From a virus (taxonomy: Duplodnaviria > Heunggongvirae > Uroviricota > Caudoviricetes), in IMG/VR virus record IMGVR_UViG_3300020048_006428, positions 55,178 through 119,177 of that record: DNA of 64,000 bases; one strand, 5' to 3'. A program made the position numbers and the translations under genes. This document shows, one piece after another, positions 57,583 to 64,000 of the stretch (position 1 is its first letter; each line of letters opens with the position of its first letter). Under the pieces are notes generated by a model. That model searched no databases, was not told where the DNA came from, and saw only the letters and a list, made by a program, of their open reading frames with translations.

Positions 57583-58083
57583 ATGAATTTTCCAACAAGA
57601 AATGAATTAAATATTAATTATGCTTCTAAAATATTAGAAGATATAAGATTAATAGACACTGATAAAATAGACTTTTCTGGAGCTGATTTCAATCCTATTT
57701 CTGAAGTAAAAGAAAAACAATCAGTCTATTTTTGGATTAGAATATATCTAAATGAAGAATATGATATAGAACCAAATACAGATATAAATATTAAATATAC
57801 TTATTCAGGTGAAGTATTAACAACTAAATTTATTTGTTATTCTAAAAAAGGTCTTAATAAAAATATGGATGAAAACATTATAAATTACAATCCAGAAGAT
57901 GATAAGAAAATATTATGTCTTATGGTTGACACAGATAGAATAAATGTTAATTCAAGTGATATACCATTCATTCGTTCCTTATTTAAATTGAGTAGATTTT
58001 ATAGCCCACAAGTTATTAGATTATCAGAATTGGAAATAATTGATAGTAAAGGAAATATTAGCTTTTATGATATAGATTTCTAA
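57583..58083 (+). CDS. Hypothetical protein
   Basis: Intact ORF. Confidence 0.65.
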   Translation: MNFPTRNELNINYASKILEDIRLIDTDKIDFSGADFNPISEVKEKQSVYFWIRIYLNEEYDIEPNTDINIKYTYSGEVLTTKFICYSKKGLNKNMDENIINYNPEDDKKILCLMVDTDRINVNSSDIPFIRSLFKLSRFYSPQVIRLSELEIIDSKGNISFYDIDF

Positions 58084-58123
58084 AAAAATAGAGTAGTAAT
58101 TTAAAATTGCTACTCTATTTTTT
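58082..58123. terminator. Bidirectional intrinsic terminator
   Basis: aaaaaatagagtagtaattt-a-aaattgctactctattttttt. Confidence 0.75.
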
Positions 58124-59011
58124 TAGAAATTCACTATAATTAATAATTTTATCATCAATAAAATAATTTTCAAAATTGTATGATGTATTTATCAATCTAT
58201 CTAATATTTTCTTATTTTTATTTTTAATTGATTTTATATATTTTAAAAAATTTGATTCATAATTAGTTGATGGATTTTTTAAAAATATACAACTAAAATC
58301 ACTTATAATTTTATCATAATTTATGTCTTTTTTCAATTTATCCAAAAGTATATCACCATCCATATTTGATAAGAAATCTAAATCCTTATATATCTTAGAA
58401 TTTTTTATATATTTAATTACATTTTTTATTCCATTTAATCCAGTTTGTTCTATTTCACTATTTAATTGGTGTGTTCTTGCTCTTATTTCGTGTGGTAAAG
58501 ATAAATAAATAAAATATGATATATCTTGCCAATTTTTATCATTTTTGTATTTATTTTGCATCTTTTTTAGTTCACCATCCATTGACCAAGAATTTGATAG
58601 TTTTTTATTATCATTTATAGTTAAATACCTTTCTATTAAATGTAAAAATTCGTGATTTATGGTTTGATTAATTTTATTATTTATAAACCTTTTTGCCGAT
58701 ATTTCCATAGGGCTTAGAATAAGTTCTAAATTTATAACCAAGTTTGATATTGTATTATTAGAAATAATACAAGAATTCGTATTTATATTACCATAAAATC
58801 TATTTGATAAAGAAATATTTATAATACTATTGTTAAAATTTATACCAAAATTATTATTTAATATACAATTTAATGATAATGATTTATTTATAATCAATTT
58901 CCCAATATTTATTTCAATTTCAGATAATATTGTTTTTGATAATTCTTTAGCAATTAAATTTTCACCATTTCTTTCAAAGATAATATCATCATAATTATAT
59001 ATTATTAACAT
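58115..59011 (-). CDS. Putative zincin-like metallopeptidase
   Basis: INHEFLH (HExxH) with downstream Y...PHEIRAR; N-terminal YDDIIFE motif variant. Confidence 0.55.
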   Translation of the reverse strand: MLIIYNYDDIIFERNGENLIAKELSKTILSEIEINIGKLIINKSLSLNCILNNNFGINFNNSIINISLSNRFYGNINTNSCIISNNTISNLVINLELILSPMEISAKRFINNKINQTINHEFLHLIERYLTINDNKKLSNSWSMDGELKKMQNKYKNDKNWQDISYFIYLSLPHEIRARTHQLNSEIEQTGLNGIKNVIKYIKNSKIYKDLDFLSNMDGDILLDKLKKDINYDKIISDFSCIFLKNPSTNYESNFLKYIKSIKNKNKKILDRLINTSYNFENYFIDDKIINYSEFLKK

Positions 59012-59032
59012 TTTAGTTTTTTATTTATATAT

Positions 59033-59061
59033 TAAACTTAGTTATCTATGATTTTTATAAT
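59033..59061 (+). promoter_or_regulatory. Putative class-II promoter TAAAC-N18-TATAAT
   Basis: Upstream of the DNA polymerase gene. Confidence 0.55.
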
Positions 59062-59079
59062 TAAAAAATAATAAAATAA

Positions 59080-60570
59080 ATGCTAATAGATACTCAATTT
59101 TTACATAATACAAAAAAATTAGTTGTTTCTTATGTTGATAAAAGTGGTGAAATAAAACTGAAATACTATAATTGGGAAAACCCACAGAAATATGTTATAT
59201 GCGATGATAGTGATAATGATAAACACCCATCATACAAATCTTGGGATGGTAAATCAGTAAAACTTGAATCTGTAAATAACCCAGATAGATATTCAACATA
59301 CGAATTCTTAGATTCTCTTCCTGAAAAAGATAGAAATGAAATATTTGAATTCAATTTACCAAAAGTATATTTTATAGATATAGAAACACGAATAGTCGAT
59401 GGATTCCCTGATGCAGAAACAGCACCAACAGAAGTGCTTTCAATATCAATAGTATATGAAGATAAAATAATTCTTCTTGGCTTAAAAGATATGCCTGCTG
59501 ATATGCAAGAACGTATATTGAATAATACAAATAAATATTTTAAGAAGTTTGGAATAGAATATAAATTCAAATACATAAAATATGAAGATGAATTTGATAT
59601 GCTACATAACTTTTTTAATAAAATGGTTCCAAAAATGCCACTCTTAACTGGATGGAATTTTGTTAAATATGACTGGGTCTACTTAGTTAATAGATGCAGA
59701 AAAATCAAAAAAGAAATAAATGGTAAAATATATGAAATTGATCCAGCAGTTTCTTCATTTACAAAAAGACTAAATAAAATTTGGATGTCTAATGAAGAAA
59801 TGCCTGCTCACAGAATGATATTTGACTATATGCAATTATACGAAATATGTGATACCACAATTAAAGTAAAAGAATCTTCTTCATTGGACTTTGTTTCAAG
59901 TAAATTAGTTGGGGTTGAAAAAATAAAATATCAAGGATCTTTGCAAAAGTTGTATGACGATGATTTTGAAACATTTATGTATTATAATGCAGTTGACTCC
60001 GTGTTGGTACAAAAAATACACGAATCAAAAAATTATATATCAATTATTTATGCGATTTCATCATTAGCGAAAATTAAAATAGTTGATGTTATATCACAAA
60101 TGAATAGTTCATTAGGTTCATTAGCAATAACAGAAGGTGTTCTTAGAAACAGATTCCGAGATGATAATATGGTTCTATTTAGAACCGATAAAAGTTCAGA
60201 AGAAAATGTCGGTATTGAAGGCGGTTGGGTAAAAGAACCATTCAAAGGAATGAACAAATGGTGTGTCACATATGACTTTTCTTCAATGTACCCACATATT
60301 CAAAAACAATGGTATATTGCGCCCGAAAATTTTGTTGGTGTTCAAAGTAAATCTGATCCTAAAAAATGTGATAATGGTATGGAAATAGATTTAAATAAAC
60401 ATGTTGTTTGTATAAATGGTGTTGTATTTAAGAAAATAAATTCACCAACTATAAATATGTTAACAGATGTTTTCAATGATAGAAAGAAGAGTAAAAATAT
60501 AATGATGGCTAAAAAAGATGAATTGAAAAAATTATTAAATGAAATAGAAAAATTAGAAAATATGATATAG
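59080..60570 (+). CDS. Family B DNA polymerase, N-terminal subunit (3'-5' exonuclease + motif A) of a split gp43-like enzyme
   Basis: ExoI IDIET, ExoII GWN..YD, ExoIII YNAVD, GGWV, motif A YDFSSMYP; ends in the fingers helix (DRKKSK); no KxxxNSxYG or DTDS. Confidence 0.85.
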   Translation: MLIDTQFLHNTKKLVVSYVDKSGEIKLKYYNWENPQKYVICDDSDNDKHPSYKSWDGKSVKLESVNNPDRYSTYEFLDSLPEKDRNEIFEFNLPKVYFIDIETRIVDGFPDAETAPTEVLSISIVYEDKIILLGLKDMPADMQERILNNTNKYFKKFGIEYKFKYIKYEDEFDMLHNFFNKMVPKMPLLTGWNFVKYDWVYLVNRCRKIKKEINGKIYEIDPAVSSFTKRLNKIWMSNEEMPAHRMIFDYMQLYEICDTTIKVKESSSLDFVSSKLVGVEKIKYQGSLQKLYDDDFETFMYYNAVDSVLVQKIHESKNYISIIYAISSLAKIKIVDVISQMNSSLGSLAITEGVLRNRFRDDNMVLFRTDKSSEENVGIEGGWVKEPFKGMNKWCVTYDFSSMYPHIQKQWYIAPENFVGVQSKSDPKKCDNGMEIDLNKHVVCINGVVFKKINSPTINMLTDVFNDRKKSKNIMMAKKDELKKLLNEIEKLENMI

Positions 60571-60582
60571 TTTAAGTATATA

Positions 60583-60611
60583 TAAACAAATATAGGAATA
60601 TAAAATATAAT
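60583..60611 (+). promoter_or_regulatory. Putative class-II promoter TAAAC-N18-TATAAT
   Basis: Upstream of the helicase gene. Confidence 0.55.
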
Positions 60612-60633
60612 AATTAACAATAAATTATAAAAA

Positions 60634-62286
60634 ATGTCAATAAGAACAGATTTAAATAAATATACACCAAGAAAAGAACAATTGGATGCTTTGGATTTTA
60701 TAGCAAAGATTAAAACCGATAAGCCAGATAATAAGTTTTTTCTTTTAAATTTGCCTACTGGAACGGGCAAATCACATTTAGCTATGATGATTGCAGATTG
60801 GTATACAAGTAAGTTTGATAAATCATCAAAAGTTGATTTAATAACTGCTGGTAAGATATTACAAGATCAATATGATGATGAATATGAATCAATAAATAAT
60901 TTAAAGGGAAAGGATAACTATAATTGCACACAATATTCCTGTTCTTGTTCAAAGGGAAAGGAATTCAATCGTTTGAATAAAACGGCTTGTGATTTTTGTC
61001 CATATGATGATTCTAAAAGTGGTTATATAAATGGCAAGATTAGTTTAACTAATTTCCATTTATATTTAACATATTTGTTGTATAATGTTGGGATAACTGA
61101 TCAAAGAAATTCAAATATATTAATATGCGATGAGTGTCATGAACTAGATTCTGTTATGAGTGATTTTATATCAATTAAGATTACTGAAAATGTAATTAAG
61201 AAATTAAAATTTTCAAATGAAGATGATGTTTTAAAGAATCTAAAAAAGGTAGGTAATATTTCACAATATGTTGATTTTTTAAAGTATTTAGAAATAGAAA
61301 TTGCTTCTACAATTGATCAGATAGATAGATCAATGTCTGGTGGTAGAGATGTAGCAAGTGATAAGAGGGATTTAAAGATAAATAAAATAGTTGGTGGTAA
61401 AAATCCTGATATTAAGATGATGGAAATAATAACTGATTTAAAGCAATATCAATTGAAGATTGATTTATTCATTAAAGAATATTATGAAAGTCCTGATAAT
61501 TGGGTTTTAGAAACTAACTTCAATGAAAAAAATCAAAAAGAGTTATCATTAGAACCTATATGGGCATTTGATTATTTGGATAAATATGTTTGGTCTAAAT
61601 ATGATATGGTTTTTTTGATATCAGGTACAATTTTAAATAAGGAAATTTTCTGTGATTTAAATGGATTAGAAGTTGATAAAACAGAATATTATTCAATACC
61701 ATCACCATTTCCGGTTGAGAATAGAATGATATATTATATGCCTTTGGGAAAGATGTCATATACTAAAAAAGAAGATACTTTTAAGAAATATGTTCCTTAT
61801 ATTAAGAAGTTTTTAAAAAAGTATGAAGGGAAAAAAGGGATAATACATACAAATTCATTTGAATTATCAAAATGGATTGCTGATAAGGTTGAAGATCCAA
61901 GATTGATATTTCACGATTCTTCAAATAAAGAAGAGATGTTAGAAATGCACTTTGAAACTAAGGATCCAACTGTATTTGTAAGTCCATCAGTTTCTACTGG
62001 TGTTAGTTTTGATTATGAAAAAAGTAGGTTTCAAATAATTGCTAAAGTTCCATATCCATCTTTGGGTTCGCAGAAAAATAAGATGCGACAAAATAATAAT
62101 CCAGAATGGTATGCAATGATGACAGTTACAAAATTGATACAGATGGCAGGTAGAAGTATAAGAAGTAAGACTGATTATGCAGACACGATAATAATTGATT
62201 CATCATTTGGTGACTTATTAAGATATTCAAGTCATTTCTTTCCAAAATGGTTTTTGGATTCTATAAAAACAATTAATATAAAATAA
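60634..62286 (+). CDS. DinG/XPD-like SF2 helicase
   Basis: PR.EQ, PTGTGKS, LQDQY, KGK.NY.C...C...CPY (FeS), DECH, SGT, SPF, GVSF, Q.AGR.IR...D. Confidence 0.88.
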   Translation: MSIRTDLNKYTPRKEQLDALDFIAKIKTDKPDNKFFLLNLPTGTGKSHLAMMIADWYTSKFDKSSKVDLITAGKILQDQYDDEYESINNLKGKDNYNCTQYSCSCSKGKEFNRLNKTACDFCPYDDSKSGYINGKISLTNFHLYLTYLLYNVGITDQRNSNILICDECHELDSVMSDFISIKITENVIKKLKFSNEDDVLKNLKKVGNISQYVDFLKYLEIEIASTIDQIDRSMSGGRDVASDKRDLKINKIVGGKNPDIKMMEIITDLKQYQLKIDLFIKEYYESPDNWVLETNFNEKNQKELSLEPIWAFDYLDKYVWSKYDMVFLISGTILNKEIFCDLNGLEVDKTEYYSIPSPFPVENRMIYYMPLGKMSYTKKEDTFKKYVPYIKKFLKKYEGKKGIIHTNSFELSKWIADKVEDPRLIFHDSSNKEEMLEMHFETKDPTVFVSPSVSTGVSFDYEKSRFQIIAKVPYPSLGSQKNKMRQNNNPEWYAMMTVTKLIQMAGRSIRSKTDYADTIIIDSSFGDLLRYSSHFFPKWFLDSIKTINIK

Positions 62287-62750
62287 TGGTAGATTTAAAA
62301 TATGTAAAAGGAAGACGACTAATTGACTTTTTCAATAGTGAAAATTATGAATTTGATATTCTATACAATGTTAAATTTGTTTATGAAAGTGAAGAAATCA
62401 ATGAAGAAGGTTTTTATTTGTATTTTTCAATAGATGGTTATTATAATAGAGTTATGTCAAATTACGTAAATGTAGATAAAAATGGTGTAGTTTTTTGTTG
62501 TGTAGCAGAACCATATAATAATAGTTCTGAATATGAAGAAATTGAAGAAGCAACTAAATTATATTTAAACAATCTTGAAATTGATATAAGAGATAATAAA
62601 CTATCAGAAGTAATTGATTCTGAAGAAGAAATAATAAATAGATATAAATCAATTATTTTATCTAAACTTAATAGTATTTCTGATTTAGTAAATAAATGTA
62701 ATGATATTAATACATTGAAAGATATTGATGATAGATTAATTGAAATATAA
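62286..62750 (+). CDS. Hypothetical protein
   Basis: Coupled to the helicase gene. Confidence 0.6.
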   Translation: MVDLKYVKGRRLIDFFNSENYEFDILYNVKFVYESEEINEEGFYLYFSIDGYYNRVMSNYVNVDKNGVVFCCVAEPYNNSSEYEEIEEATKLYLNNLEIDIRDNKLSEVIDSEEEIINRYKSIILSKLNSISDLVNKCNDINTLKDIDDRLIEI

Positions 62751-62786
62751 TAAAAAGCCAATCAAATTTGATTGGCTTTTTATTAT
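62747..62786. terminator. Bidirectional terminator (AAGCCAAT family)
   Basis: ataataaaaagccaatcaa-at-ttgattggctttttattat. Confidence 0.8.
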
Positions 62787-62787
62787 T

Positions 62788-63441
62788 TCAACTATCAAAT
62801 TCAACTTTAAATTGAAGGACTGCAAATGGGTGAGTACCAAAACAATCGTAGGTTGACTTTATTATATAAAATACGTCTATATTTTTGTCACAATATAGTT
62901 TTTGGAACATCTTAAAAATAGATTTAGTCATTTGAAATATCATTTTTCTTTTTTCTATCATATTAACAAATGTTCCGCTGTTTATAGGTCCATCATGTAT
63001 AAAATCTTTTGTGAAGTTACAATCCAAAGAAATTTCAAAGTAAATACCATCTTTATTTGTAGATTCTTTTACTGACTTGGCTTTCCATAAATCATCTATA
63101 TTATCATCTATATCATCAATGAAGTAAAAAGGATTTTGTTGAAATTCACCATTTGATATTAAACAATACTCAAAATTACTAAGAAAATAAAAAAGGTTAT
63201 TTTTTGAAATAGATTTATTCCAATCTTGTAGTTCTATACTTTTTATTTTACCCATATCAATATGTGAACTTAGATATGTATTTTCTATTTCTTCATAAGT
63301 TATTTTTGATTCTAAATGTTCTTTGATATAGTTTTGATATAATTTTATATAATTAACAACAATAAACTTTGGTTCAACCAATTTAGATTCATTTATAAAA
63401 ACAAATTGTTCAAACAGCTTTATGTATCTTAATTTTTTCAT
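62788..63441 (-). CDS. Hypothetical protein with YIKLFEQF..INES N-terminal motif
   Basis: Shared motif. Confidence 0.65.
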   Translation of the reverse strand: MKKLRYIKLFEQFVFINESKLVEPKFIVVNYIKLYQNYIKEHLESKITYEEIENTYLSSHIDMGKIKSIELQDWNKSISKNNLFYFLSNFEYCLISNGEFQQNPFYFIDDIDDNIDDLWKAKSVKESTNKDGIYFEISLDCNFTKDFIHDGPINSGTFVNMIEKRKMIFQMTKSIFKMFQKLYCDKNIDVFYIIKSTYDCFGTHPFAVLQFKVEFDS

Positions 63442-63484
63442 AAATTTATTTTTTTTTTCATAAATTAATTTTAGTTTTTATAAT

Positions 63485-64000
63485 TTATTGTTCATTAATC
63501 ATTTCATCATCATTACTAATCATCTTATTATTAATTGGTTTTTTATAAAGTGAATTTATAAAATCTTTTATTTTATTTGCTAAATTATCAAATCCTCTTC
63601 TTGCTAACATTGCTGAAATACCTACACCAAATGATATTAAATTTTGTCCTATTATTGTTGGTAGTGTTTCGATATTCCAGTTATTAGTATCAATTAATAA
63701 ATGAATTGCATTCATAGTAGGAATTAGAACTGCTGTATATCCAAATAAATCTAAAAACGAACTTATAATTAAAGGTGTATTTTTAAAAATCATTTTCAGG
63801 AAATGTCCAATTGATATAAAGCATTTAACTACTTTTTTAACTATTCCATTACCAAATCCCCTTAATTTTAATTCTTCCAATAAAGTTCTTGCATCTTCTT
63901 TTGTAACAACGCTTTTTACCATACCAACTTCATCACAATCTTTACAACCTTTGCCTGAACAAATATTGCATAATACATTTGAATCACCTGTTTTATTTTT
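63485..64000 (-). CDS. Partial membrane-associated protein with CxxCxGxGCxxC zinc knuckle (5' end outside the window)
   Basis: Frame stays open from the window edge: KNKTGDSNVLCNICSGKGCKDCDEVGMVKS...; hydrophobic C-terminal helices. Confidence 0.55.
   Translation of the reverse strand, partial: KNKTGDSNVLCNICSGKGCKDCDEVGMVKSVVTKEDARTLLEELKLRGFGNGIVKKVVKCFISIGHFLKMIFKNTPLIISSFLDLFGYTAVLIPTMNAIHLLIDTNNWNIETLPTIIGQNLISFGVGISAMLARRGFDNLANKIKDFINSLYKKPINNKMISNDDEMINEQ

Noticed and set aside
1-64000. Stop-codon reassignment (alternative genetic code)
   Set aside because: Core genes are full-length in the standard code, coding density is high, and both TAG and TGA end genes at sensible positions. 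The terL and PolB splits have other explanations.

Overview
64 kb of a very AT-rich, large T4-superfamily (probably jumbo) myovirus genome, read in the standard genetic code. The host is most likely Bacteroidota: there are exact TTTG-N19/20-TAnnTTTG promoters, A-rich ribosome-binding regions with no Shine-Dalgarno, and a Bacteroidota-type ClpS. The window holds a scrambled T4-like head/packaging module (fractured gp17 terminase, gp4, gp2, gp20 portal, gp21 protease fused to a repeat scaffold, gp23 capsid, plus gp25, gp15-like and gp55-like genes). It also has replication and metabolism genes (clamp loader, the N-half of a split PolB, a DinG-like helicase, ThyA, two C5 methylases), an endolysin, GrpE, ClpS, a tmRNA and several mobile nucleases. 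Most striking: about 22 otherwise unrelated ORFs share a short N-terminal peptide (MKxLKxFE / KYDDFLLE) resembling the T4 internal-protein capsid-targeting sequence. Most sit behind a shared AATATATA late-type promoter, which suggests a large virion-packaged, injected effector proteome (LRR paralogs, four 'SCM' paralogs, a nucleotidyltransferase, a cysteine hydrolase, a zincin). Other notable items are a terminase split by an atypical split intein with a nuclease between the halves, a mini capsid-protein paralog, and three promoter classes stacked in a duplicated 54-bp element upstream of the tmRNA. All product calls come from motif recognition by eye; no database searches were run.
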